Origin: Planctomycetes bacterium GWF2_41_51
Lineage (GTDB): Bacteria; Planctomycetota; Phycisphaerae; Sedimentisphaerales; UBA12454
Assembly: GCA_001825665.1 (NCBI GenBank)
Contig: MHXZ01000103.1
Location: 5,993-69,992, forward strand
Direction: 5' to 3'
Length of the DNA stretch: 64,000 nt
Both the position numbers and the translations under genes were made by a program. Positions within the stretch are counted from its first letter, which is position 1. Every line of letters starts with the position of its first letter. Positions 1 through 10,733 of the stretch are shown here, in pieces. Below the pieces are notes generated by a model that had not been told where the DNA came from, ran no database searches, and saw nothing but the letters and a program-made list of their open reading frames with translations.

Positions 1-734
1 ACTAAAGAAAAACAAATCGAATAAATCAGCAGCCCTCCTTCCTCATCAAGTTTCCTGTCTTTTGCGAACCTGAACAATTTTCCCGCAACAGCGCCGGCGG
101 CGATAGCAATACCCATACCTGCCAAAACTTCCCACAATAAAACATTAAAAAACCACTCGTGAAAAAAACTGCCCGCCATAGGGAATTTGATAATGGTGAT
201 TGGAACAAAAACAAAAAGGTATGCCAATCCATCGTTCGCTCCTGATTCGAGGGAAAGCAAAATCCGTATTCGTTCATCTATGTTGGCTCGAGCAAAGCTT
301 CCGGTTACGATAGAACTTGCAAGAATCGGGTCTGTGGGAGTTATAATTGCACCGAGCAGAAGTGAATATACCCAGTCCATCCCAAGCACGAAATGAGCTA
401 AAAGGCTGCTGATGAACCACATTGCAAACATAGCGCTGAATGTCAGCAACAAGCCCGGCCTCCAGAGCATTTTCAATCTTGACGGAGTGAGCCTCATAGC
501 CGAAGCCATCAAGCCAACGGCTAAAGTCAGCCTTGCTCCCTGCTCGAAGATTATTTCTCTGGGCAGTTTTTCCAAATCAGGAATAAGATTCAGGGCTTGC
601 GGCGAAACAAGAATTCCCAGCATCATGGCAAGAAACATCGGGGAAATAATTTTCTTCATTGCCTTGGAAAACATCCCGAAAATGAACGCAAAACCGATAA
701 CTATCGTCAGGTATGTATTTAGAGCTGTTTCCAT
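1..734 (-). CDS. Cation:proton antiporter, CPA1/NhaP family (3' end runs off window start; absent from ORF track)
   Basis: Manual translation from ATG at 734 gives METALNTYLTIVIGFAFIF..., a hydrophobic protein with the CPA1 motifs IITPTDPILASSIV and LSLESGANDGLAY. Confidence 0.85.
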   Translation of the reverse strand, partial: METALNTYLTIVIGFAFIFGMFSKAMKKIISPMFLAMMLGILVSPQALNLIPDLEKLPREIIFEQGARLTLAVGLMASAMRLTPSRLKMLWRPGLLLTFSAMFAMWFISSLLAHFVLGMDWVYSLLLGAIITPTDPILASSIVTGSFARANIDERIRILLSLESGANDGLAYLFVFVPITIIKFPMAGSFFHEWFFNVLLWEVLAGMGIAIAAGAVAGKLFRFAKDRKLDEEGGLLIYSICFSL

Positions 735-944
735 AAAGTCTTTTCGATATTATAATCCATTATTATCATGCAAATAGAATTAGGAGAATTGCTTAATTTT
801 ATCCGGCTTTTCGCTAACCTCAGAATTTTCCGTTTTAGGACCGGACTAAATCATCAAATTGCCTATAGCCGTTTATGACAAAAGTTTTTTTAATTAGTTC
901 AGCAATTTCGCCAAAATTTTTATTAATTTTTATGAGGTGTAATT

Positions 945-1382
945 ATGACCGAAGAAATTTATGAAAAACTTTCATCTCTTATTCAGCTTGATATCGATGC
1001 GGCCAATGCTTATGACCAAGCTATTGAAAAATGCGATGATGCATTAGTGCGCGAACATCTTGAGACATACAAAGAAGACCATCAAAGACATATTGATGAA
1101 CTTTCTGCTTATCTTACAGATTATGATATGGAACCACCAGAGGAAAAACCGGATTTTAAAGGAGTGCTAATCGAGGGATTTACCGCTATGAGAAGTGTAA
1201 CGGGGACTGAGGGAGCATTGAAGGCAATGCGAACCAATGAAAAATTAACAAATAAGAAATACAATGAGGCAATGGATTGGGATGTTGACCTCGATGCCAA
1301 AGATATAATCATGCGCGGTTATGAAGATGAAAAAACGCACCTGATATATATCGAGGAGCAGTTGTCCGTCAGAACAAGATAA
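945..1382 (+). CDS. Ferritin-like four-helix protein, DUF2383/PA2169 family
   Basis: RBS GAGGTG upstream; acidic helical protein with D/ExxH motifs (EDHQRH, DEKTH) and AYDQAIEK. Confidence 0.75.
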   Translation: MTEEIYEKLSSLIQLDIDAANAYDQAIEKCDDALVREHLETYKEDHQRHIDELSAYLTDYDMEPPEEKPDFKGVLIEGFTAMRSVTGTEGALKAMRTNEKLTNKKYNEAMDWDVDLDAKDIIMRGYEDEKTHLIYIEEQLSVRTR

Positions 1383-1421
1383 ATTTATCGCATAGTTAAT
1401 CGATAGAATCAGAAAGGGAAA

Positions 1422-1583
1422 ATGGGCTTAATTAGCTGGATAATAATCTGTTTAATCATAGCGGCAGTTGCTGCGCTTTTTGGTTTTACCGGCATTGCAT
1501 CGGCATTTGCGGGTATAGCGAAAATTCTGTTCTATATTCTTCTCTTCATTATTGTCGCACTGATTATTTTGATCTTGATATAA
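1422..1583 (+). CDS. Small membrane protein, UPF0391/DUF1328 (YtjA-like), 53 aa; below ORF-track cutoff
   Basis: RBS AAAGGGAA then MGLISWIIICLIIAAVAALFGFTGIASAFAGIAKILFYILL...*, with the family signature A.LFGF.GIA...AGIAKILF. Confidence 0.85.
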   Translation: MGLISWIIICLIIAAVAALFGFTGIASAFAGIAKILFYILLFIIVALIILILI

Positions 1584-1631
1584 TTTAAGACGGGTGCGAA
1601 TCAGGTTTATTGACGTTTTTTCGTTCCAAAA

Positions 1632-2639
1632 CTAATCTATAACCGCAAAAGCAACTGCCTCGATATTTTGAGGAGGAACGTTAGGCAGGAGTGCCTCATG
1701 GCTTGGGCTGATAATCAGATTGGGGCCAAGTAATTGTTTGATTCTTTTGACATATAATTTTATTTCTTCAGGATTGGAATTAACCAGCAAGTCCTGAGTA
1801 TCAACGGCACCCATGAAACTGATTCTGCCTTTAAATTCTTTAAGCGTTTGCGCATCCATTCCAACAGCTAAAGCCTGCAAAGGATGCAGGCAATCAACTC
1901 CAGCATCGATAAGCCTGTCAATAACTTTGTGAATAGAGCCGCAACTATGTAAAATCACCTGGTAATTATGCGCATGAGCCTGTTTTGTAAAAGTTCTGAA
2001 CCATGGCAGGATAAATTCATCAAATTGAGCGGGACCGCAAATCAAATCAAGCTGAGTTCCAAAATCGTTTCCGAAAAAGAAGCCGTCTATCTGATTGCCT
2101 GCCTCTTTATAAAAACGTTCATTCGCCTCATAATAGAATTGGCATACTTTGTCTGTCAACGCATGTACAACTTCCGGATGCGTATACATTTTTATCAAAT
2201 AATTTTCCATGCCGAAGAGGTCCATCACATTATGATAAAAGCACGTCCAAAAACCACTGGCACGATAAAAATCGCCAGCGGTTCGAAGATGCTCAATACA
2301 TTCATCGAAATTAAGATAATCAGGATTTGGCCAGTCATAATCATTTATTTGAGCAATATTCTGGCAATCAGCAAATACGGGTTTGCAATTTGGATCTTTA
2401 TTGAGACCCGAATCAAACATTTCCTTACCTTCGGGATGCCTATAAGTTGATTTTATAAATTGAGGTGAAATCCATCGCAAATCATCACCGAGTTTTTGTC
2501 TTAATTGTTCTTCCGTTTCGGTTCCGAAATAATTGTGGTAAATCGGCCATGTATCCGGATGAGGATTGCCCAGCCAAAAACCACATCTGTCGGCGACACT
2601 GCCGCTAATAATTTTTTTTAAACGTATTCGACTGTTCAT
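1632..2639 (-). CDS. URO-D/methylcobamide methyltransferase-like TIM-barrel protein
   Basis: GNDFGTQ, ILHSCG, LHPLQ, FMGAVDTQ, ISPSHEAL motifs; lacks the HemE RQAGR motif. Confidence 0.8.
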   Translation of the reverse strand: MNSRIRLKKIISGSVADRCGFWLGNPHPDTWPIYHNYFGTETEEQLRQKLGDDLRWISPQFIKSTYRHPEGKEMFDSGLNKDPNCKPVFADCQNIAQINDYDWPNPDYLNFDECIEHLRTAGDFYRASGFWTCFYHNVMDLFGMENYLIKMYTHPEVVHALTDKVCQFYYEANERFYKEAGNQIDGFFFGNDFGTQLDLICGPAQFDEFILPWFRTFTKQAHAHNYQVILHSCGSIHKVIDRLIDAGVDCLHPLQALAVGMDAQTLKEFKGRISFMGAVDTQDLLVNSNPEEIKLYVKRIKQLLGPNLIISPSHEALLPNVPPQNIEAVAFAVID

Positions 2640-2672
2640 ATTTTGTCCACATTTAGCTTAAACAAATATTTT

Positions 2673-3836
2673 TTAATAAACGCATTTTTTAGCTTCATCG
2701 CCGAAAGCCTCGAGTAATTCCAAATCTGCGTCGAAGAAATGGTCTGAGGGCGCAAGAATATATGCGCCATTTCTTCCGGCTTCTTCAAAACATCTTCGCA
2801 CTTCGGCGCGCACATCAGCAGGAGTGCAATCTTTGAAAAAATGCAACTGGTCAAAACCGCCTATCATACAAATATCTGATGGAATACGTTTTCGCGCCTC
2901 AGCAAGATTGGCGTCGCCGCCCATGCCGACTGGAGTAAAGGTTTCCATCGCGTCGGGCTTCATCGCCGCGATCTTTTCGAGTATCGGCATCATGCCTCCG
3001 CAGGTGTGATAAACGACCCTTTGTCCGGCATTGTGTGCGGCCTCTATGATGGGCATATCATAAGGAGCTACGAATTCATCAAATAATTTTGGTGATATGA
3101 CGGTAGATGATGCATCTCCGCCGCCCAATTCGAGAACGTCATATTTAGCGTCCTTGAGCGACTGGGTGAAAATTAATTTTCTTTCCTGTAAGATTTTTAG
3201 AAAGCTGTGCACCCATTGCGGATCATCGAATGTCGCCATGATGAGTTCTTCAATGCCGAAGAGGCATGCAGCATCCTGCCAACAGCCGGGCTGGCCGAAT
3301 ATATCGAAACATGCGATGTGTCCGCGGACAATGCCTCGTTCTCCAAATTCGGCTGCAACATGGTTGACGCTTTGCACATCACATTTTGGGGCTGCGGCAT
3401 ATTTGCCAATCAGGTCAATATCGTTTTTGTTTTTTATAAGGCGCTCGGTTACCCATGATGTGTAATCATTGGAGCCTATCGACATTGTAAGTTCGCCGCC
3501 AGGCGTTTTGAATCTGTATCGGGTCGTAGGATATTTTTGGTGCGGTACGTCCTCCCATTCAATATGCCATTGGTCGGATGAGATAAGACGACTGCCAAGA
3601 AAATCCAGCTCGCCCTGGTTAGGATTATAATACTCGCCTTTTTGCTCATCCGGACGATGAGGCACAGCCCAGGCTATCGGATCGAAGCCAAAACGGTCAA
3701 AAAATTCATCTATGTTTGAACCGTTCATACAATTTTTTAGAAAGAAAGGCATTACATGGTGTGTTGTAATCGGCAGGCGGTCAGGTTTTCCGCCTTTAAG
3801 GGCACAAATCATTCTTTGTTTTGAAGTCATTTGCAT
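2673..3836 (-). CDS. URO-D/methylcobamide methyltransferase-like protein
   Basis: MTSKQRM..AL.GGKPDRLP N-terminus, ISPKLFDEFVAPY, YHTCGG, MIGGFDQ, YILAPSDH. Confidence 0.8.
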   Translation of the reverse strand: MQMTSKQRMICALKGGKPDRLPITTHHVMPFFLKNCMNGSNIDEFFDRFGFDPIAWAVPHRPDEQKGEYYNPNQGELDFLGSRLISSDQWHIEWEDVPHQKYPTTRYRFKTPGGELTMSIGSNDYTSWVTERLIKNKNDIDLIGKYAAAPKCDVQSVNHVAAEFGERGIVRGHIACFDIFGQPGCWQDAACLFGIEELIMATFDDPQWVHSFLKILQERKLIFTQSLKDAKYDVLELGGGDASSTVISPKLFDEFVAPYDMPIIEAAHNAGQRVVYHTCGGMMPILEKIAAMKPDAMETFTPVGMGGDANLAEARKRIPSDICMIGGFDQLHFFKDCTPADVRAEVRRCFEEAGRNGAYILAPSDHFFDADLELLEAFGDEAKKCVY

Positions 3837-3839
3837 AAG

Positions 3840-5573
3840 TTATAACTCATCTATCAGGCTGCAAAGTGATTTCGTATCGCCGTGGAAATATGCTTTTCTT
3901 AGCCGCAGTTGGTCGTCGCCTTTGAGCCGGGCATCGAGTAAGCGGAAGATTCGCTCCTTTAGCCAATAGGCATTGTGATATTTTTCCCATGTCGAAGAAG
4001 CAATTGCCAAATCGTCCAGAGCCGGCGTACAGAGGCCCTTCTTCCATAAGGCACTATACATCATCAGAGCATCGTGCCAGGACTGGCTTGTTATTTGCCG
4101 GAATTTTTCATTTAAACCCGACCAGCCGAGCTTGGCAGGATCAAACAATTCTATTTTATCTTTTTCATCAAGCAGTGATATTATCAAATCGATTTTTTGG
4201 TCGCCATCATAATCGTAAGATATTTCATCAAAGAAACCATTGTTATCTGTATCCTTATACAACACAACTTCCTGGGCTTTGGTCGCTTGTTTAGATGAAC
4301 TATTGCCCGGCGTTCCTATCGGAGTACCGCCCCAATATTGAGCATTGGCGTCCACAGTCCAGGCACCTGTTTCAGCGCCGAAGAGATGAAACTTTTTGTC
4401 CCATGAACCTATGTAGAATTGGCCATTGCCGCTATTGTCCAAATCCCACTCGCCGCGATCTCCGAGCGAATCGCATTGAACGTGACGGGAGAGAGAATTA
4501 CAATCGTTGGCGCGATCCCAGAACTTGCGGCAGAAGGCATAAGGATCGCCGGGCTGATAAAATTCAACACGTTCCCATCGATGGTCGTCATCGTCTTCGT
4601 CAAATGTAAAATAACAGCCGCCCCAGCCTTTTGCGAAAACGGCATCATAACATTTTTCGTGAGGTACATATATCAATTCGTCAATCGTTCGCCAATTTGT
4701 GTGCTGAAAATAAGGCAGAACCCATTGAGGGACCTTAAGTGCAGGATATTTATTTTTTGCATTCATGTAATCGGCAGCTTTGCCGCCAAAAAACTTTAAT
4801 GACATATCAAAGTCAAATTCGTTTCCTCTCTGGCTATCATTATCAATATCATAAGTTACGTAAGCTTCGCCAACTTCGCCCTTATACTCATATATATTGT
4901 CTTTTTGAACGGCTAAATCTATTAATCTTATAGCCATTTCGGTACAACCATCGTCATCGGTATCATAGAACGCAAATGGATTTTCCCAGCTTAGCCGCGC
5001 ATCATTGACGGCATACGGCGGGACGTGAATTTTGAGAAATATCGAATCTCCATTGTAATCGGGAGAAAAATTACCAGCGCCCGTGTATCTCCAGCATGCG
5101 AGTTCGAATTTTTGCCAATCTATATAACCAAGCACTCCGTCTTTATCTACATCCACAAAAACCATATAATGCGAACTGCCTCCCCAAAGCTGCTTTTGAG
5201 TACGGTTTGGATTTATCGCAATAACCTGGACATCCGCCCTGCCATCCTTGTCATTGTTAGACCAATCTATAGTCATATCGCTATCGCCATCGTAAATTCC
5301 ATCTCCATCCATATCGACTTGTAAGGAATCATTAACGATATCGCCCATTTGATCTGTTTTGCGCATATCGTCATTTTCGTCAAACCAGCGCACGCGTTTG
5401 CCGTTCCACCATCTCTCGATAATATCAATATCGCCATCATTATCGACATCTAATTTGATTACCTGCTGCGGGTTGTTGGAATCAAGCTGGGAAGTCCAAA
5501 ACTCTGAACCAAAACATAACGAATTAATAACTAAAATAATAATGATAGTAAGAGGATGTAAATATTGTAACAT
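3840..5573 (-). CDS. Secreted conserved hypothetical protein rich in DxDxDG Ca-binding loops
   Basis: Signal-like N-terminus; many DxDxDG-type motifs (DVDNDGD, DMDGDG, DVDKDG, DTDDDG, DTDNNG, DYDGD). Confidence 0.6.
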   Translation of the reverse strand: MLQYLHPLTIIIILVINSLCFGSEFWTSQLDSNNPQQVIKLDVDNDGDIDIIERWWNGKRVRWFDENDDMRKTDQMGDIVNDSLQVDMDGDGIYDGDSDMTIDWSNNDKDGRADVQVIAINPNRTQKQLWGGSSHYMVFVDVDKDGVLGYIDWQKFELACWRYTGAGNFSPDYNGDSIFLKIHVPPYAVNDARLSWENPFAFYDTDDDGCTEMAIRLIDLAVQKDNIYEYKGEVGEAYVTYDIDNDSQRGNEFDFDMSLKFFGGKAADYMNAKNKYPALKVPQWVLPYFQHTNWRTIDELIYVPHEKCYDAVFAKGWGGCYFTFDEDDDDHRWERVEFYQPGDPYAFCRKFWDRANDCNSLSRHVQCDSLGDRGEWDLDNSGNGQFYIGSWDKKFHLFGAETGAWTVDANAQYWGGTPIGTPGNSSSKQATKAQEVVLYKDTDNNGFFDEISYDYDGDQKIDLIISLLDEKDKIELFDPAKLGWSGLNEKFRQITSQSWHDALMMYSALWKKGLCTPALDDLAIASSTWEKYHNAYWLKERIFRLLDARLKGDDQLRLRKAYFHGDTKSLCSLIDEL

Positions 5574-5615
5574 TATTTTCCTTTCTAAACCTGCATAGAA
5601 TTAATTCGAGTTGTC

Positions 5616-8600
5616 TCAATTACGCAATACTAAAGGCTGCCTGTTAGAAAAATCATCATATAAAGGTGCGGCCGGACTGATGTCATCATTGGCGATATCT
5701 GCTATTGTGATTGCAAAAATTTTTATTTTTGGATTATCAGGCAAAACTAAATTTTTTGAACCGTTTAGATTTAATCTATATTTAAATATATAGCAGTAAT
5801 TATAAGCATCGTTTTGCAAAGGGCTATGACGATGCGAACAGAACCATGCGATGTTATCACGTTTGATAAAGCCGGGTTCAAGTCCTATTACCTTCGCCTG
5901 TCCTTTGAAATCTGCCTTTTCAAATGCACTATCCCAAATGCGTCTATCATAACTGCCGACAAAACCTGTCCAACCCTGTATTTCAATGTTAATCTCTTCG
6001 TCGTCCAATTTGAAAACGGCTTTGGTATCTTCATCGGCTGCCGCCAGTAAATATACGACATCGTAATTACCTTTTGGCAAGACTATGGTTTTACCATTAC
6101 AGGCGAGGGCGTTGTATTTGCCATCTTCAGCGCTGCCGAGTTCAAAATCGATTGAATCTCTATTAATTTTTTGCGGGAATTGTTCGGCAGGGAAGGTTTT
6201 GCCGGCAGAATCCATTTTACCATCGGTACGATTTGAATCACTGCTGATAACATCTGCGTTGTAATCCAATTTGACAATTTCACATTTTGGTCTGAATGTT
6301 TTATATTTTGCAGGTTTAAGTTGAACTGCAAAGCTTCGGATACCATTTGCTTCCATATTCAAAACGATTTTGCCGTCGTTAAGCGTTACGGATTTAATTT
6401 CTCTTTCCTGTCCATCGACCTGCATCGCTTTTGCAATGCCGCTGCCAATTGATAACGCCGCGTTTGCAGCAGGTTTGCCCATTACTTCCTGAACACGAAT
6501 AATATAGCTATTACTATTTTCGGCTTTTTTGAAGGCCTTTATCTCAATCTGGTCTGTATCGATATTAACCATTGAGATTTTTTTGCCGGCTGGTCCCCTA
6601 CTAGCAGCATCGGATTCAAAGGTAACCATCGGCTGATTTAATCTTCGCCCCTGCCATTGACTTTTGGCCGAACGCCAATCGGCGGTATGACCATAGATTC
6701 CATAAATGAATTCGTGGCGGCCCCAATCCTGCCATCCCTGATCATCGTATTTGCCTCGAGTACCGGGAGTATAAAGCAATGTTAAACGCAAAATATTGTC
6801 GGCGGGTTTATCAGAGCCGTATTTGCAGTCGTCTATAACAGAAACGCCATAAGAACCATCGCTATCTGTTAAATCAAACCACTGGTGAGAAGGAACTTCA
6901 TATTTTTTGGGATCGTTATTGGTTCTTTCAATAGTTCCCATGCCGAAGGTATAAGTTGCAACTGAATTACTGACGGTTAGCAGCATTTCGGCTTTCAAAC
7001 AAACGCCTTTTGACTGCCAGTCAATTTCGTTTTTCACTTCGACGATTGCCGACCTATCGTCGGAAGTCAAACGTACGTACTGGGTGAAAAAAGAATTTCG
7101 GGTTTGTCTGTCTATTCTCAGGCTCACGCGTACAGGACCGTTTTCGACAATTGTGATTTTTGCGGGGCCACTTACATAACCGATGGGAGGCTTTTTGCGG
7201 TCGTTCCAATCCATGTTCCATGCAGGCCATTCTTTTGGTTTTTCATTCAAAAAAGCAAGCCTGACTGGTTTTTCGAGCAACTGACGTTTTGCTTTCTTGT
7301 CGTAAATTTGGGCAATGTCACCATTTTTGTCTATTTCCACGATGAGATCTTTATTTTGAAGCACGTTTTCTTTAACTTCAATCTCTGTATCATACATTAT
7401 TTGTTTATCTACAGGACGCACATCAAAAACTGAAAATCCGATTGATGGAACATTGGCTGCAAAGATTATGGAGATATAATTATCGCCCGATTTTATGATT
7501 TGCGAAGGAGTCGGCGAACCATCAGGGCCAATAACTTCCACATATTTTGGTGTGTTGTAATCATATTTTAAAGTTGCCTCAACTACCTCAGTGCGTTCAA
7601 TAGACAACGGATTATAAACTACAAGTGATTTGCCTTTGGCAGTTGTATCCATAGTATTTACAATTGCGCCTGCTGAATTTTCGAGAACAGACGCAAAAGT
7701 ATTTAAAGCGATCACTTCATCATTATATGAATAGTCGTAGGCACTAGATACACACGTGCCTGGCAATATGTCGTGCATCTGACTCCCGAGTACAAGTTTC
7801 CAACCTGCGTTGATTTTGTCAATCGGGTACGCTGCGCCACCAACCCAATCGGCGGCAACGGCAGCGCGCTCGGCGGAATCGGCAAGCTGTTCGTTTTTTC
7901 TGTTCCATCGTTTCATATAAGCAGCGGAAGTAAGCGAACCTGCGGAATGTTCGATTAAAAGCAAATCGCCCCTGTAACGAGGAAGTTTTTGCTTTTGCTC
8001 ATTGCTGATATCTCTATAAAAACGATCGGACGATGTCAGATAAACTTTATATTTGCCATCGCTGTTTGCGGCGGCGGCAGTGTAATTATTGGCATCGGGA
8101 GGTCGAACAGAGCCGCCCCTGTCGCCGACGCCATAATAATGGTACTCAGCGAAAATGCCATATTTTTGGCCGTTTTCCTCAATCCTATCAGCCCAGTATG
8201 AATTCGCATTAGGTTGCTCTTTTATAGAACCAACGTAATCGCCCGGTCTGAATACGGCCATGATAGCATTGCCATCGGGACCTTCCCACATGCCAATATT
8301 GAATGGTATGCCTTTTGCGGAATTCCAAGTTAACTTTTGCGATGAAAAGCCGAGGATTCCGCAATGCGCAAGCACACTTGGAAATGTATCGGGGAAGCCG
8401 AAACAATCGGGCAGCATATAATCGTAACTCTCGACTCCAAATTCTTTTCGGAAATAGTCATTGCCATAAAGTACCTGCCTTATGACGGATTCAGGGGAAG
8501 GAACAAGTACATCACCTTCGTCAACGCTTGAGCCGCTTACGAACCATCTGCCCTGGCTGATGTATTCTTTTACTTTTTCATACTCGGCAGGATAATACTC

Positions 8601-8876
8601 CTTCATCATTTCATAGCGACGGGAGCCAGTAAAATTAAAAACATATCCTGGATATTTCTCAAATAAATCGAAATTATCATGCAGTGTATTCTTTAAATAT
8701 TCATTAATTGTTGTAACATAATCCCAACGCCACTGGGTATCGAGATGCGCATAGCCAACGGTATAAAGAACCTTGTCTTTGGTTAAATCGAAATTTTGTT
8801 TTTTTTGTTCAACTGCCTGAATATATTGGCAGGCCATCAAAATTAAAAGCGATACATATTTAATTTTTGAATTCAT
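5616..8876 (-). CDS. Alpha-mannosidase, GH38, secreted
   Basis: GYAHLDTQWRW (Zn-binding HxD), YMLPDCFGF nucleophile region, QMHDILPG; start moved to ATG 8876 after RBS AAGGTGAG (MNSKIK..., signal peptide). Confidence 0.9.
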   Translation of the reverse strand: MNSKIKYVSLLILMACQYIQAVEQKKQNFDLTKDKVLYTVGYAHLDTQWRWDYVTTINEYLKNTLHDNFDLFEKYPGYVFNFTGSRRYEMMKEYYPAEYEKVKEYISQGRWFVSGSSVDEGDVLVPSPESVIRQVLYGNDYFRKEFGVESYDYMLPDCFGFPDTFPSVLAHCGILGFSSQKLTWNSAKGIPFNIGMWEGPDGNAIMAVFRPGDYVGSIKEQPNANSYWADRIEENGQKYGIFAEYHYYGVGDRGGSVRPPDANNYTAAAANSDGKYKVYLTSSDRFYRDISNEQKQKLPRYRGDLLLIEHSAGSLTSAAYMKRWNRKNEQLADSAERAAVAADWVGGAAYPIDKINAGWKLVLGSQMHDILPGTCVSSAYDYSYNDEVIALNTFASVLENSAGAIVNTMDTTAKGKSLVVYNPLSIERTEVVEATLKYDYNTPKYVEVIGPDGSPTPSQIIKSGDNYISIIFAANVPSIGFSVFDVRPVDKQIMYDTEIEVKENVLQNKDLIVEIDKNGDIAQIYDKKAKRQLLEKPVRLAFLNEKPKEWPAWNMDWNDRKKPPIGYVSGPAKITIVENGPVRVSLRIDRQTRNSFFTQYVRLTSDDRSAIVEVKNEIDWQSKGVCLKAEMLLTVSNSVATYTFGMGTIERTNNDPKKYEVPSHQWFDLTDSDGSYGVSVIDDCKYGSDKPADNILRLTLLYTPGTRGKYDDQGWQDWGRHEFIYGIYGHTADWRSAKSQWQGRRLNQPMVTFESDAASRGPAGKKISMVNIDTDQIEIKAFKKAENSNSYIIRVQEVMGKPAANAALSIGSGIAKAMQVDGQEREIKSVTLNDGKIVLNMEANGIRSFAVQLKPAKYKTFRPKCEIVKLDYNADVISSDSNRTDGKMDSAGKTFPAEQFPQKINRDSIDFELGSAEDGKYNALACNGKTIVLPKGNYDVVYLLAAADEDTKAVFKLDDEEINIEIQGWTGFVGSYDRRIWDSAFEKADFKGQAKVIGLEPGFIKRDNIAWFCSHRHSPLQNDAYNYCYIFKYRLNLNGSKNLVLPDNPKIKIFAITIADIANDDISPAAPLYDDFSNRQPLVLRN

Positions 8877-8889
8877 AAAGCTCACCTTT

Positions 8890-10695
8890 TTATTTTTTAA
8901 TAGATAATTCCGATATTTCAACTACTGCCTGTTTGTCAATGGATATTTTTGCAATCGCTGAAATTGTAACATAAGTTCCTAAACCAAATAAAGCAAGGCA
9001 TATTCCGCCAATGGCATATCTTGCCAGGCAAATGTAGCCCACGCCAAAAAGTCCAAGGTATATTGTCAATACAGAAATAATCCAACCGAACCAGTTTGCG
9101 CTTACCTTTTCACATTTTGGCATATTCGGTTTATCGGCAAACGGTTTCCACCAGCCGCCGGGCAGGACTTTCAAATAGAATTTTTCCAAATGCTGCAAAT
9201 TAACGGGTTTTGTAATCAAAGTAACAATTATCCAAATAACGGAACTGACCGCAACTATGATCACATACCTGAGAGGAAACATTTCATCCGGCGCGAGCGA
9301 TGGAATGAATTTCAAAGTGTTTGCAAGAATAAATGAGGCGGCCATGGCGGAAATTTCAGACCACGCGTTTATTCTCCACCAGAACCAGCGGAACAGCACC
9401 ACGAAACCGGCTCCGGCATAAACCTCGGCGAGATATTTCCATGCTCCGGCAATAGACGTCATTTGCCATGTAACGATGACGGCTATGATAAGGACAAGCA
9501 CAGTAGCAATGCGTGAAACAAATACATAATGTTTTTTGTTACGCGCATTTGGACAAATAATTCTAATATAGAAGTCGTTTACAAGATAGGCAGCGGCGAG
9601 ATTAAGATTTGCGGCAATGGTACTTAAAAAAGCTGCAATGAAAGCGGCGAGCACAATCCCCATCAGTCCGCCGGGGAGAAACTTGACCATCATCTTTGGA
9701 TATGCAAGTTCGGGGTCTTCGCCGGGAATTAAAGGAAAATAAATCAGCGAAGCAAGTCCGACAATAATCCAGGGCCAACTGCGTAATACAATTATGCAGA
9801 AAAACCCCCAAATGGCGGCCAAACCTGCGTGTTTTCCATTTTTACAGGCAAACATTCGCTGGGCTACGATGCCAAGCCCTGCCGCCGACCACCACCATAA
9901 AAGACCGATGTAAACAAAGAACGTAAAAATCGCCAATAATCCGGCTGTTTTGAAATTAGGAAAGAAATCAAATACGGCCGGCGAAACACCGGGGGCATTT
10001 GCAACATTTTTGACTAACCCCCCAGGGCCTCGGTTTTCATATAAGACGATGACGGCAAGAACAATGAAGCCAACCATTGCCGCGAAAAAATGCAGCACGT
10101 CTGCCATCACAACGCCCCAGGCTCCCGCGAACATTGTATAACTCAATGCAAGCACTAAAAGAATGCCGTATATGAGGACGCTGCTGTAAATTGAAAATGT
10201 AAAAGTGCTTATTGAAAAAGTTACTGTTGACGGTATGTTAAAGATGGCTGAAACAATCTTGCCGACAGCCAGAATGACCCATCCGCAACAGATACAGATG
10301 CCGAAAATTCTTAAAAACGCATTAAATATCCTCAGCATCAAGGCAGCTTTTCCGTGATACCTAAGTTCGATAAATTCGACGTCGGTTAGGACGCCGGCGC
10401 GATTCCAAAGTCTTGCAAAAAAGAAAACCGTGAACATTCCTGAAAGTGCCATTGTCCACCAGAACCAATTTTCGTAAATCCCTGCCCGCCTGATGAAACC
10501 TGAAACAACCAGCGGCGTATCGGTGGCCAGATAAGTGGCAACTATCGAAGTCCCGGCGACAAACCAGTTAAGCTTTCGACCGGCTACGAAGAAGTCTTCC
10601 TTAGTCTTATTTCGATATGAAAACCATAGTCCGAACAAAACGGAGACGACGCAGTAGCCGATGATTATAGACCAATCTATTAAGGTTAACTGCAC
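8890..10695 (-). CDS. Sodium:solute symporter (SSS/SLC5)
   Basis: EDFFVAGRKL.WF.AG.SIVAT, EFIELRY, AQRMFACK, GLMGIVLAAFIAAFLST; GTG start after AGGAG. Confidence 0.9.
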   Translation of the reverse strand: MQLTLIDWSIIIGYCVVSVLFGLWFSYRNKTKEDFFVAGRKLNWFVAGTSIVATYLATDTPLVVSGFIRRAGIYENWFWWTMALSGMFTVFFFARLWNRAGVLTDVEFIELRYHGKAALMLRIFNAFLRIFGICICCGWVILAVGKIVSAIFNIPSTVTFSISTFTFSIYSSVLIYGILLVLALSYTMFAGAWGVVMADVLHFFAAMVGFIVLAVIVLYENRGPGGLVKNVANAPGVSPAVFDFFPNFKTAGLLAIFTFFVYIGLLWWWSAAGLGIVAQRMFACKNGKHAGLAAIWGFFCIIVLRSWPWIIVGLASLIYFPLIPGEDPELAYPKMMVKFLPGGLMGIVLAAFIAAFLSTIAANLNLAAAYLVNDFYIRIICPNARNKKHYVFVSRIATVLVLIIAVIVTWQMTSIAGAWKYLAEVYAGAGFVVLFRWFWWRINAWSEISAMAASFILANTLKFIPSLAPDEMFPLRYVIIVAVSSVIWIIVTLITKPVNLQHLEKFYLKVLPGGWWKPFADKPNMPKCEKVSANWFGWIISVLTIYLGLFGVGYICLARYAIGGICLALFGLGTYVTISAIAKISIDKQAVVEISELSIKK

Positions 10696-10733
10696 ATTAA
10701 CTCCTGTTAAAATATTTTGTTCTTATTGATTAG

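Noticed and set aside
26-777. ORF-track calls 26..277(-), 187..396(+), 412..777(+)
   Set aside because: Shadows of the real minus-strand antiporter gene (1..734), which the track missed because it has no stop in the window
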